In this document: one piece after another, positions 17,330 through 26,658 of the stretch | Position numbering within the stretch: the stretch's first letter is position 1 | How the letters are laid out: the number at the start of each line of letters is the position of its first letter | Virus record (IMG/VR): IMGVR_UViG_3300047476_002078 | Span: 291,875-355,874 of that record | Reading direction: 5' to 3' (one strand) | Length of the DNA: 64,000 nucleotides | Made by a program: the position numbers and the translations under genes | The notes under the pieces: generated by a model | Databases searched by the model: none | Told to the model about the DNA's origin: nothing | What the model saw: the letters and a program-made list of their open reading frames with translations, nothing else

Positions 17330-18562
17330 GTGGTAGTTTTTGAAAGAGGTCAACAACTTACTAAAAACGATCTAAATATTTTTGTTAGAGATAACGAAGG
17401 AAATTTAATTGACCCTTTTTCTATTACATACACTATTTACGATAGGACTGGTAGCAAGCCTGTTCTTGTAGGAGGTTCTTTAAATCAGATACCTAGTAGA
17501 GATTCTGTTGGTTACTATTGGGTAAATGTTAGAATGGATGAAGGGGAAAATCTCGGTGAATACGAAATCCAATGGGATATACGTTTAGTAGAAAACGGAA
17601 ACAGGGAGCAAGTAAATCAAAGGTTTTCTATTGTTAGAAAATCAACTCCTCTTCAGTTTCTTGCAAATACTGGAGGGGTAGCATATTACCCCGGACAAAT
17701 ACTTGGACCTCAAGAATTATACATTCAAGTTTTGAATGAACGTAATAACCCATTTGACCCAAAAGAAATTTATTATGCAGTATTCGACAGAACCACAGGA
17801 TTGGACATTCTAGTTGGCGGTTTAAAAAACCAACCTGTAAGGCTTTCTACTGGTAAATATTATGCAAATTATACTGTTCCTCAAAATGCTCCAGTAGGGG
17901 ATTATTCTATTCGATGGACTTTTATTGATGATGAAGGGAATCCTGCAAGAAACGTAGTGCAAGAATTTGCAGTAGTTAATCCATCAACTATTGTTAATAG
18001 CATTTACAATGAAAATGAAAGAACTATGGTAAGAAGATTAAGATTCTTACTTCGTGATAATAACCCTGACAGAAACTACAGATTTGTACCGCCTGAACAT
18101 GAAAAAGTTATTCAGAATTACACGGAAACTTTTGGGTTTATCTGGACTGACGAGGAATTATACGAATATTTATTGATGGCTGTTGATGCCGTCAATATGG
18201 CTCCACCTATAGAACAACACACATTAACAAGTTTACCAAATTTTCTTCAAACTATCGTAACGGTAAAAGCAGCTTCTTTAGCTTTATCTGCATTAAGTAT
18301 TAACTGGATTCACGACGAGTTTGATTACAGTATTGGGGGAGTTTCTTTACAGATTGATAAGTCTTCTAAATATCAAGGTATGTCTGACAAATTTGAACAA
18401 GAGTATCAAACTTCTGTGGAGCGTTACAAAGATTTTGGAGTCAAGATTGTTAAAGGTATCCAACAACCTAAATATGGAATTGGGGTATCGGCAGCACTTG
18501 GTCCCTTTTCTTCTCAGGGTGTTCAGAACAGAAGAAATTTTATTTCTTCCAATAGAGTTTAA
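17330..18562 (+). CDS. putative head-tail connector / head completion protein with two N-terminal Ig-like repeats
   Basis: GTG start with AAGGAG. Two repeats (DP..I.Y...DRTG...R.S.G.Y...G.Y.I.W). C-terminal RRLRFLLRD...WTDEELYEYL...DYSIGGVSL typical of adaptor proteins. Confidence 0.6.
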   Translation: MVVFERGQQLTKNDLNIFVRDNEGNLIDPFSITYTIYDRTGSKPVLVGGSLNQIPSRDSVGYYWVNVRMDEGENLGEYEIQWDIRLVENGNREQVNQRFSIVRKSTPLQFLANTGGVAYYPGQILGPQELYIQVLNERNNPFDPKEIYYAVFDRTTGLDILVGGLKNQPVRLSTGKYYANYTVPQNAPVGDYSIRWTFIDDEGNPARNVVQEFAVVNPSTIVNSIYNENERTMVRRLRFLLRDNNPDRNYRFVPPEHEKVIQNYTETFGFIWTDEELYEYLLMAVDAVNMAPPIEQHTLTSLPNFLQTIVTVKAASLALSALSINWIHDEFDYSIGGVSLQIDKSSKYQGMSDKFEQEYQTSVERYKDFGVKIVKGIQQPKYGIGVSAALGPFSSQGVQNRRNFISSNRV

Positions 18563-18611
18563 CCTTTTAAGTTTGACTATAATAAATCAAGACTTTTAAG
18601 GAGTTAATTTT

Positions 18612-19403
18612 ATGCGTGAATACATTGCCACAAAATCATTTTATTCAGGTGAGCTAGACCAGTATGTTCAGAAAGACGAGCGAATCAAATTTGACGGCGT
18701 AAAAGCTGAATTCAGGGGTGAAGATAAAAAAGCCCCTTCATTGATGTCTGCAATCCGAGCAGGGATACTAAGCCCTGCACAGGTAACATCTTTGGGTAAA
18801 TCAGAAGAAGACGCTTCAATTCCCCAAGAATCTGCTTCTGAAAGAGCAAAAAAAGCTAAAGAGGCTAGATTAATGCAAATTAGAGGTTCCGCTGGGAATG
18901 GTCAATTTCTTGAAGATACTGAAATGAAAAAAGTGGATAAAAGAATTGTTAAATCCACTGTAGATGAAAAAGAGACGGAAATTAAAAAAGACAAAAAAGT
19001 AGAAAGACCTATCGTTCAAGAAACAGAAGGGGTTGAGGTTGCTAAAGTAACTAAAAACGCTGTTGTGGAAGATGAACATCCTAAATCTTTTTATGAAAAT
19101 TTGATGGAAGGTCAAACTAAAAAATTAGAAGTAGCTAAAGATCAGTTTGTTCCAAAGGTAATCAAAAAAGACTCTCAAGACGACGCTATTGAAGTTAAAA
19201 GCTTAGTTGATTCAGAAATGACTGCTTCTAAAGACCCTTTAAAAAATTGGTCTAGCTTAAATGCGAAGAAAAAAGCGACATTTATCAAAAATGCTTCCGA
19301 TAGTGCAGTAATCAAACAGATTATTAGTAAAGAGTCTGGCTCTATTAAACGTAAAGCAGAAGAAAAATTGGCAGAGATAAATGGCGATAAAGGGTTACGA
19401 TAA
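18612..19403 (+). CDS. hypothetical protein (small N-terminal domain, low-complexity linker, helical C-terminus)
   Basis: 263-aa ORF with GGAG-like RBS; K/E-rich middle region. Confidence 0.7.
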   Translation: MREYIATKSFYSGELDQYVQKDERIKFDGVKAEFRGEDKKAPSLMSAIRAGILSPAQVTSLGKSEEDASIPQESASERAKKAKEARLMQIRGSAGNGQFLEDTEMKKVDKRIVKSTVDEKETEIKKDKKVERPIVQETEGVEVAKVTKNAVVEDEHPKSFYENLMEGQTKKLEVAKDQFVPKVIKKDSQDDAIEVKSLVDSEMTASKDPLKNWSSLNAKKKATFIKNASDSAVIKQIISKESGSIKRKAEEKLAEINGDKGLR

Positions 19404-20247
19404 TATTTATGATTTTAGAACTCCAGAAGAGATGGCAAAACCGGGCGACACGGTTTTGCAACCTTCTGAGAAACTTCTAGTTCCGTATTTTAATAAACCG
19501 AGTCTTTCAGATGTTCCGGGCGAATACGAGAAACTGTTAGAGCAAAAAAACCAAATCGACCCAGAGACAGAAGCTCAATTTCCTAATATGTCTTTAGATT
19601 CAGAAAAGCCAAATACTCCACCCAGAAAAGCCTATTTGAGTGATTTAACTCCTTCTTCTGAGCAGGATAAAGAAGAAATCAAAGAAGATGTTTTTTCAGG
19701 AAATTGGGATAGCGGTATTGAGGTTCAGACTACTCCCGACCCATACATTGAAAAAATAGCTAGATCAATACTTGCAGAGTACAGGCTTGAAAAAAATCCA
19801 GTAGAGCTAGATTTAAGTGAAAACATAAAGGTAGCTTGGACTTTAGATGAGTTGTTTGATGCCACTAGCAAATTTTCTTTAAAATATAAGGGAAGTTGTA
19901 GTGCCTCCCCTAAAAGGATAAGAAATAAAATTTTCAGATATGACTTTCATGTTATTTGTGGGGAATCTTGGTCTAACCCTACAGGTCACATAGTAAAACT
20001 TAAATTTTTGCCTAAAGGTAATCAGAAAAAAGCAGTTAGTTCAAAAGTTTTAATTTCTTGCTCATGCGAGTTTTGGCAATTTTATGGTTGTGATTGGAAT
20101 AGCTTAAAAAAAGACTATAACGAAAGGCAGATGAGTAATGGGGAAGCTCCTACAATAAGAGGAAAACGACATCTTATATGTAAACATGTGGCTAACTGTG
20201 TTCCTTTAATAAAAGAGATTTATTTAAAAACAAAAAGGCGTTCATGA
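19381..20247 (+). CDS. SWIM-type zinc-finger protein with disordered N-terminal half
   Basis: ISCSCEFW...LICKHV (CxC...CxH). Confidence 0.6.
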   Translation: MAIKGYDNIYDFRTPEEMAKPGDTVLQPSEKLLVPYFNKPSLSDVPGEYEKLLEQKNQIDPETEAQFPNMSLDSEKPNTPPRKAYLSDLTPSSEQDKEEIKEDVFSGNWDSGIEVQTTPDPYIEKIARSILAEYRLEKNPVELDLSENIKVAWTLDELFDATSKFSLKYKGSCSASPKRIRNKIFRYDFHVICGESWSNPTGHIVKLKFLPKGNQKKAVSSKVLISCSCEFWQFYGCDWNSLKKDYNERQMSNGEAPTIRGKRHLICKHVANCVPLIKEIYLKTKRRS

Positions 20248-20498
20248 AAGAGTTAGAAAACCTGTTGTTAGAAATATTGGAAAATCAACAAGAACTTATC
20301 AGTAATTATTATGATTTATTGTCAGAAGTAGAAGACGATGAATTAAAAATTTCTCTTGAGGAAAATGCCAATGAATTAGCCTTTTCTCACAAAGAGCTTA
20401 TCAAGTGTTTCAACGAAATTTTAGATTCAGATTATGAAGAAGATGAAGATTATGAGTCTGAAGACGAGGAAGAAAACGACGATTCAGATTACGAATAA
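20244..20498 (+). CDS. small acidic helical protein
   Basis: Very D/E-rich; start overlaps the previous stop (ATGA). Confidence 0.6.
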   Translation: MKELENLLLEILENQQELISNYYDLLSEVEDDELKISLEENANELAFSHKELIKCFNEILDSDYEEDEDYESEDEEENDDSDYE

Positions 20499-20521
20499 TT
20501 AAATAATTTAAGTAGGTTTAT

Positions 20522-21172
20522 ATGTTACCAGAAATAAATGTCTTTAATGTAAATTCTCAAGAAATCATGTTAAATTGGTTTGTCCAAGATAATGATTTTG
20601 TTAAATTTAACCTTTACGGTAGCCCTTCTTTTGATGGGGAATATTCTATTGTAGAATACAATATTCCGAATAAATCTCATCCGTTTACTCCGGGCAACGT
20701 GTTGGCAAAAGTATCTCGTACCTCCATATCATTAACAGGTTCTTCTGGGGCATCTGCTCCTTATTTTTTTAAAATTACTGGTATATATTCAAACGGTGAT
20801 GAAACAGACGTAGAAGAGTCTTTAGCAGTTTCAGTAGATTCTTTAGATGATGTTATAAATAACAGGCTTACTGATAACAACTCCCCTGTGTATAAAAATT
20901 TCACTTTAACTTTAGGTTCTTTAGAAGAAAAATCTTTAGATATTTCTAGGTTGTTAGGGAGAAATGCAAATTATATTAGAATATCTCCTACAGGTGCGGA
21001 TGTATCAATTAGATTTAATTCAATCGCTAACGATGCGACTACTGTAAAAGGTGGCTCTACTTTTGAATTGCCGAAACAATCTCTTTTAATAAGCAAACTT
21101 TTTATCACTGTTGGGGCTATACCCTCACCATTTACATCTATGACTATTGAAATATTTGTAACAGGAAATTAA
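20522..21172 (+). CDS. putative virion protein with FN3/Ig-like domain
   Basis: MLNWFV...FNLYGS...YFFKITGIYSNG.E pattern of FN3 domains, plus a second beta domain. Confidence 0.55.
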   Translation: MLPEINVFNVNSQEIMLNWFVQDNDFVKFNLYGSPSFDGEYSIVEYNIPNKSHPFTPGNVLAKVSRTSISLTGSSGASAPYFFKITGIYSNGDETDVEESLAVSVDSLDDVINNRLTDNNSPVYKNFTLTLGSLEEKSLDISRLLGRNANYIRISPTGADVSIRFNSIANDATTVKGGSTFELPKQSLLISKLFITVGAIPSPFTSMTIEIFVTGN

Positions 21173-21173
21173 A

Positions 21174-21407
21174 GTGTCGAAAAAATTAGCAAATAATATT
21201 CGTGAAATTGCAACTAAGCTAGATAAGTATTCATCCGCATCAAAACTGTATGAGTATGAAATAGATGGTTTTAAATTTTATAGTTCTGAAAAAATGCCTT
21301 CTGGTATTAGACTTCCTGTAGGAAAAGCAGAATTTACTAAAAACTTTTTTAATACTACTGGTGAATTATCAAAATCTTTAGAAGAAGACTCAATAAAGGA
21401 GAATTAA
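21174..21407 (+). CDS. small protein, paralog A of a tandem pair
   Basis: Shares ASKLYEYEIDGFKFY..EKMPSGIRLPVGKA..TKN.F.T.G.L.K.L.E with the next gene. Confidence 0.75.
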   Translation: MSKKLANNIREIATKLDKYSSASKLYEYEIDGFKFYSSEKMPSGIRLPVGKAEFTKNFFNTTGELSKSLEEDSIKEN

Positions 21408-21408
21408 A

Positions 21409-21675
21409 ATGAATAAATTTGAAAAACTTGCGAGTGAAATCCGTGAGCTTGCCTATGAACTAGAAGTTTTTGGAGTAGAGACAGATAAAGTTGCTGCCGC
21501 TTCAAAACTATATGAGTATGAAATTGACGGGTTTAAATTTTACACAGATGAAAAAATGCCTTCAGGTATCCGTCTCCCTGTAGGAAAAGCAAAATATACA
21601 AAAAACTACTTTTCTACCAGTGGTCAATTAGCAAAAGCTCTTGATGAAGAAAGAGACTATTCAAACGATCTTTAA
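21409..21675 (+). CDS. small protein, paralog B of a tandem pair
   Basis: AAGGAG RBS; near-identical core to the upstream paralog. Confidence 0.75.
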   Translation: MNKFEKLASEIRELAYELEVFGVETDKVAAASKLYEYEIDGFKFYTDEKMPSGIRLPVGKAKYTKNYFSTSGQLAKALDEERDYSNDL

Positions 21676-21684
21676 TTTTCAATA

Positions 21685-21709
21685 AAGCCTGTCGGTTCTC
21701 GGCAGGCTT
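21685..21709 (+). terminator. stem-loop after the paralog pair
   Basis: AAGCCTGTCG-GTTCT-CGGCAGGCTT, 10-bp stem with one G:U pair. Confidence 0.6.
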
Positions 21710-21727
21710 AAAATATTTGGAGTATTC

Positions 21728-22606
21728 TTGAAAAACATATTAATATTTATAGCATTTTCTTTTTTTATAACTTCAGTTAAAGCAGATTTACCAAAAAATG
21801 ATCTCTACATTCCAAGCCACGTTAAAACTTCCTCAACGATTACAGAAGAAGATTTTTTAAAAGCTATAGAAGATATGAAAAATATCTATTTGCCCATTTT
21901 TAAAAATAACTACGACGCTGAATTAGTAATTGAAGCTAAATGGCAAGACGGAACAGTAAATGCTTTTGCTCAACAGACAGGTAAAGTATGGAAAGTGAGC
22001 ATGTATGGAGGTCTTGCAAGACATAAAGAAACTACCCTTGATGGTTTTCGTGCTGTTATATGTCATGAAATTGGTCATCATATAGCAGGAGCACCAAGAA
22101 AGCCTAGCTTTGTCGGAATTTCATGGGCATCAAATGAAGGTCAGTCTGATTATTATGCTACGACAAAGTGCTTGAGAAAATTTTTATCTCAACCTGAACA
22201 AATTAAAGAAACTTACGCTTTATATAGAAAAGAAATAACTGACGAAGAGGATTTATTCGCAAAAAATCAATGTAAGCTAGTTCATAAAACCTTCAAAGAT
22301 AGAGCGATATGCTTTAGATCAGCGTTAGCTGGAAAATCATTGGCTCGCCTTCTAGGCTCTTTAGGCGGAAACGCTGAAGTGTTTTTTAGTAAAAAAGATA
22401 CACGAAAAGTAACAAAAACAAATCATAATCATCCTAATGCTCAATGTAGAATGGACACTTATTTCCAAGGAGCTTTGTGCATTAATGATATGGATGAACT
22501 GGCTGAAGCCGAAGATGTTAAAAAGGCATACTGCACAGCTATTGAAAATTTTGAGATAGGTATAAGACCTGACTGTTGGTACGCAGCATCCGAATACGAG
22601 AAATAA
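21728..22606 (+). CDS. exported zinc metallopeptidase-like protein (HExxH, M48-like) with signal peptide
   Basis: N-terminus MKNILIFIAFSFFITSVKA-DL (signal-peptide pattern); VNAFA; CHEIGHHIAG; SNEGQSDYYAT; several Cys. Confidence 0.7.
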   Translation: MKNILIFIAFSFFITSVKADLPKNDLYIPSHVKTSSTITEEDFLKAIEDMKNIYLPIFKNNYDAELVIEAKWQDGTVNAFAQQTGKVWKVSMYGGLARHKETTLDGFRAVICHEIGHHIAGAPRKPSFVGISWASNEGQSDYYATTKCLRKFLSQPEQIKETYALYRKEITDEEDLFAKNQCKLVHKTFKDRAICFRSALAGKSLARLLGSLGGNAEVFFSKKDTRKVTKTNHNHPNAQCRMDTYFQGALCINDMDELAEAEDVKKAYCTAIENFEIGIRPDCWYAASEYEK

Positions 22607-22825
22607 CTAACAAGAAGCCACGCTTACTTTTTTAGGGTACAGATTAATTACTTGTGCTTGAAACCCAGAAGTTGTTTCTAATGGGCAACTGGTAGTATTT
22701 TTTTTAGTACATCTATTGCACCATTTTTGAAGTTGCTTACCTTCTAACTCTTGGTAAATATTACATACTGCGAGTTTTCTTTTGTATTTATTTTTAGCAA
22801 AATTTGAAAAAGCTATTACTTCCAT
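22607..22825 (-). CDS. small Cys-containing hypothetical protein
   Basis: Start revised to ATG 22825 (GGAG RBS); CNIY...WCNRC...CP. Confidence 0.45.
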   Translation of the reverse strand: MEVIAFSNFAKNKYKRKLAVCNIYQELEGKQLQKWCNRCTKKNTTSCPLETTSGFQAQVINLYPKKVSVASC

Positions 22826-23008
22826 GTCTATCTCCAATCTCAGCAATCTCTTCTGAAAGATTACCAAAAAACTAAAAATTGTGTGGAAAAAGTGTAAGAA
22901 AAATAATCGCTTTAATCAACGGTTATAGTAAGTAATTAGTCTAACACCTTCTAACTTTTGAATTAAGGTCTGCGTCATATACAAGTAATTGCGTAATGTA
23001 AGAAAATG

Positions 23009-25249
23009 TCATTTCTTGAAAAATAGTTTAAAGCTCAGACATCCGTTTATTTTTTTATTGTTGAAAAACAAAGAACCGAAGTTGAATGAGTGGTTTACAA
23101 AATATGCTGTAATAGAATTACCAAAAGAGCCGTTTTTACATTCTATGTTTATAAATATCTTTCTACCTTGCACGTCGATAGGATTAAAATAAAAGCTAAA
23201 CCAATCGTTATCTTGAATATTATCACAACCTACTGAAGAGAATCTGAGTAAATCACCGTTTAAAGAATTTGTGATAGATAGAAATAAATTACAATAATTT
23301 TTTCTGGAAAAAGTTCCCAAAAATAAATCTATTCTACAAAGATTAGGAGAATCTATGAAAACTTCCTGAGATATTTTTTTATTGCCGAATATTTCTCCGA
23401 AATTGTGCGTATGAAAATTTTGTTGCATCCCAAGTATAACTTGATTGTCTTCTTTTTCAGTAACTTGAATTAACCATTCTTGATAAGAATTATTTCCGTT
23501 GTTATCTACAAAATTACAGGAGAGGCGGTATATTCCTTTATTCTTGCTTGAAAAAATGTAAAAATGTCCTGAATGAGATATTTTATCATCGTTTAAAAAC
23601 CAGACTATTGGATAATCTTTTCTATGATTTTTTATCTCGAATCGTTGAGTTGTATCAGCTTCTAAATTAATTGATTGTACTGGAGCTTTATTATTTGTTT
23701 GAGTTTCTTTTGTTTTTATAAAAGTATGCGTGTTACCTTTATGCCAATAACCTGTCGTTGTAATAACTGTTGGAAAAATATTTTTCCATTTTTCGTGTAC
23801 TTTCTTAAATTCTTGCCAGTATCTATCTAATCCGTTTTTAGTAGAGGATGTGCCATCACTTTTATGATAAGCTGGGCAATTAATAACGACATTGAACATT
23901 CCTTTATTTTTTGAAATTAAGGATATGTCTGGTCCGTAAAAATGAAAATCTGATAGAGTGTATTCATCAAAGTAAATTTCATTACTTTTTCTGATTATTA
24001 TGCAAAGCTCATCTACTACATCAACTATACCTTCTGAAAATTGACCATATTTGTGATCTTTTCCTTCGTAAGGGTATGTTATTTCTCCATAGCAATGAAC
24101 CCAAATCTTTTCTTTAGGCTCTACTGGAATACCTTTATGAACAGGGGTTCTAATCCACTTAACTCCAGCTAAACCTGCAACTCCAAAACCTTGATATTTT
24201 GCAATTTCACGCAGAAATTCTTTAGTCCAATTTTTATTATAAATAACATCGTGGTGCGTACAAATGACAAAATCTGTTTTGGATTCTCTAATTCCTTTGT
24301 TCAAGGCTTTTGCAGATGAATATCTATTATCAAAATTGTATATAATTCTGAGATCAAAATTTTGATTCACTTGCTTCAAAAGTGATGAGATCAAACATTC
24401 ATTTAAAAGTGCTATGTCATGCGTACACACAACAAAGGTCATTTCATAAATTTTAGAATTTTTAACATAGATGTTTATGTCATGTGAAAAATCAGATACG
24501 TCTGATTTTATAACATGCTTCCATCTAGTCTTAAAAAATTCAAAATTTTTAGGCAAATTAGGATTAGCTTTAGAATAACTTTCGTAATGTCTTAAATTGG
24601 ACTGTGAGCATCCAACGATTTTTTTTATCTTGTGGTATTTAATTTTTAAACACAAGTCAACATCTTCATAAGCCCAATTATAGTTAGCATCAAAACCCCA
24701 AACATCTTCAAAATCCTGTTTCCTAATTAATAGGCAAGCCCCTGTAACAGACTGGTATTCTCTAGTTTTTAAATGGGTTTGTTTGTTGAGAGTTTTGATA
24801 TTCTTATATAAAGGGTCACTTATATTCACAGGCGATAGATTTTTATCAATTAAAACTCCGCCGTGTTGAAGTTCCCCGTTTGGATAGAAAAGATTAGCCC
24901 CGACTACTCCAATCGAATCATCATTTTCAATAAGGTTTAACATCGGAGTTAAAAAATCGTCTGTGGCTTCAGTATCATTATTTAAAAATAACAAATATTT
25001 ACCACTAGCTTGCCCTGCTAGATAGTTGTTCATGCTACTGAAGTTACCTTCATTAGTTCTCTCAATAATTTTTATTCTTGAATCTTTGAGAGACTGTAAC
25101 CACTCTAAAGAGCCGTCAGATGAACTATTTTCTCCAATAATCCATTCCCAATCAATAGAACTTAAATGCGTCTGTATTGACTGAACACATGTTTTTAAAA
25201 CATTTAATCCGTTATAAGTTGGAGTTATTATTGATACTTTTTTCATCAC
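23009..25249 (-). CDS. multi-domain glycosyltransferase (two GT2/GT-A domains plus C-terminal beta-sandwich domains)
   Basis: VSIITPTYN, LFLNNDTE, GACLLIR...EDVDLC (GT2 no. 1); FVVCTHD, ICTHHDV, DELCII (GT2-like no. 2); C-terminal DNDWFSFYF beta-rich region. Confidence 0.85.
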   Translation of the reverse strand: MMKKVSIITPTYNGLNVLKTCVQSIQTHLSSIDWEWIIGENSSSDGSLEWLQSLKDSRIKIIERTNEGNFSSMNNYLAGQASGKYLLFLNNDTEATDDFLTPMLNLIENDDSIGVVGANLFYPNGELQHGGVLIDKNLSPVNISDPLYKNIKTLNKQTHLKTREYQSVTGACLLIRKQDFEDVWGFDANYNWAYEDVDLCLKIKYHKIKKIVGCSQSNLRHYESYSKANPNLPKNFEFFKTRWKHVIKSDVSDFSHDINIYVKNSKIYEMTFVVCTHDIALLNECLISSLLKQVNQNFDLRIIYNFDNRYSSAKALNKGIRESKTDFVICTHHDVIYNKNWTKEFLREIAKYQGFGVAGLAGVKWIRTPVHKGIPVEPKEKIWVHCYGEITYPYEGKDHKYGQFSEGIVDVVDELCIIIRKSNEIYFDEYTLSDFHFYGPDISLISKNKGMFNVVINCPAYHKSDGTSSTKNGLDRYWQEFKKVHEKWKNIFPTVITTTGYWHKGNTHTFIKTKETQTNNKAPVQSINLEADTTQRFEIKNHRKDYPIVWFLNDDKISHSGHFYIFSSKNKGIYRLSCNFVDNNGNNSYQEWLIQVTEKEDNQVILGMQQNFHTHNFGEIFGNKKISQEVFIDSPNLCRIDLFLGTFSRKNYCNLFLSITNSLNGDLLRFSSVGCDNIQDNDWFSFYFNPIDVQGRKIFINIECKNGSFGNSITAYFVNHSFNFGSLFFNNKKINGCLSFKLFFKK

Positions 25250-25835
25250 TTAACTGCTTAAACTCTTTGAAAATGTTTTTCATCCTAAAGTAAACTTTTG
25301 CGGTAGTTCTCGCATCCTCTAATGCTCCGTGAGCACAAGGATTTTCAATTTGAAAAAAATCGCTCAAATTTTTTAGGGATGGGCTTTTTGCCTGTACTAT
25401 ACCAGAATCTATTAGTTGATAACCTAGAACACATGTATCTACACGGTGATAGGAAAAGAGTTCGCTCCAGCCAAGAAAACCATGCTCACTCATAAATTCA
25501 TTTGTGAAACCTACATCAAAATTAATATTTTGTCCGACTAATACAGGGCTATATTTTTTTACAACTGAAACGCACCACTCAGCATAACCTCTAGCTACAG
25601 AAAGATTATCCTCATAAGACAAATCACCTTTTCTTGAAAAGCAATTATTAACTTTCAAAGCGTACATAGTGACTTTTTTATTTCCCTCAAGAGGGTTTAA
25701 AAATTTTTGAAAATGTTCTAATTCGTTACCGTCTTCATCATAGATAGCAGAACCTAGTTCCAGTAATTTATGTAATCCGTTGTCTAATCCACCTGTTTCA
25801 GTGTCATGGAAAAAGTAATATTTTTTGTTAAGCAT
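25212..25835 (-). CDS. DEDDh 3'-5' exonuclease (DnaQ-like)
   Basis: ExoI HDTETGGL, ExoII QNINFDVGF, ExoIII HGALEDA. Confidence 0.9.
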   Translation of the reverse strand: MLNKKYYFFHDTETGGLDNGLHKLLELGSAIYDEDGNELEHFQKFLNPLEGNKKVTMYALKVNNCFSRKGDLSYEDNLSVARGYAEWCVSVVKKYSPVLVGQNINFDVGFTNEFMSEHGFLGWSELFSYHRVDTCVLGYQLIDSGIVQAKSPSLKNLSDFFQIENPCAHGALEDARTTAKVYFRMKNIFKEFKQLSDEKSINNNSNL

Positions 25836-26283
25836 GAAAACCTCTATTTTTTGCAGTTGAAATTTCTTTAAACATAAAAGCTATTAATTCTGAAAATAAT
25901 GGAAGCCCGTTTAAAGTAAACGCTAATAAATCAAAATCAAATTTTGGATTATCTAAGTCAATCACCTTAATTAAATCTACTTTTTCAACAATTTTGAATT
26001 TGTATAAAATGTACTCAGGATTACTATTTTCATCAAAATTTTTCACATTGATTTGGAATGATTCCATGACACTAGCTGAAAGATTGTGAACAAATAATGG
26101 ATGTCCTGCTTTATACATGTTGTATGAAACAAATTCAAAATTATCTCCCACATTAAAAGGGTATCTTGTGTCAGAGGAAGGGTCAATTTTGACTAATAGG
26201 TTATTTTCTAATCTATATGCTTCCCAAGGCTGTAAGTGAGCTACGCCATACTTTTGAAACATCTCATATAAGTTAAAAGACAT
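25828..26283 (-). CDS. hypothetical protein
   Basis: 151-aa ORF in the same antisense operon, with overlapping stop/start. Confidence 0.65.
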   Translation of the reverse strand: MSFNLYEMFQKYGVAHLQPWEAYRLENNLLVKIDPSSDTRYPFNVGDNFEFVSYNMYKAGHPLFVHNLSASVMESFQINVKNFDENSNPEYILYKFKIVEKVDLIKVIDLDNPKFDFDLLAFTLNGLPLFSELIAFMFKEISTAKNRGFHA

Positions 26284-26292
26284 AAAAATACC

Positions 26293-26592
26293 TTAAAGTT
26301 GAAGCTTAGACTTGGAAGGCATGATAATGCCTGTGGATTTTTGAGTTCTATAAGCTTCATACTTTTCGACTACATCAATTTTTGGATTGGATATAGCTAC
26401 TACGTATTGCTTAGATACTGTTAATTCGTCTTCAAACAAGGGATTATTTTGCATAGCGATACCGTTTTGGCTTGGGCTTAAAAATAATGGGTTTGTGACA
26501 ATATACATGTCTTCTTTTACGGTAATATTTCCCATAACGATGCCGAGGTTATCTATGACCAAAACTTTAACTTCTTTGGTTAATTCTTGCAT
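26293..26592 (-). CDS. phage Sm-like small protein
   Basis: Start revised to ATG 26592 (AAGGAG RBS). Beta-rich core and C-terminal YEAY...STGIIMP, as recalled for phage Sm-like proteins. Confidence 0.5.
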   Translation of the reverse strand: MQELTKEVKVLVIDNLGIVMGNITVKEDMYIVTNPLFLSPSQNGIAMQNNPLFEDELTVSKQYVVAISNPKIDVVEKYEAYRTQKSTGIIMPSKSKLQL

Positions 26593-26626
26593 AATGACTC
26601 CTTTCAATAATTTACAACTACAATGT

Positions 26627-26656
26627 ATTATATGTAACTTTTCCCAAATGAGTTAA
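26627..26656 (-). promoter_or_regulatory. possible sigma70-type promoter for the antisense operon
   Basis: Minus strand TTAACT-N18-TATAAT, about 35 nt upstream of the 26592 start. Confidence 0.4.
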
Positions 26657-26658
26657 GA

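Noticed and set aside
22868-23008. Possible 20-codon minus-strand ORF (MTQTLIQKLEGVRLITYYNR) in the gap
   Set aside because: Too short, with no clear RBS; cannot be distinguished from chance.
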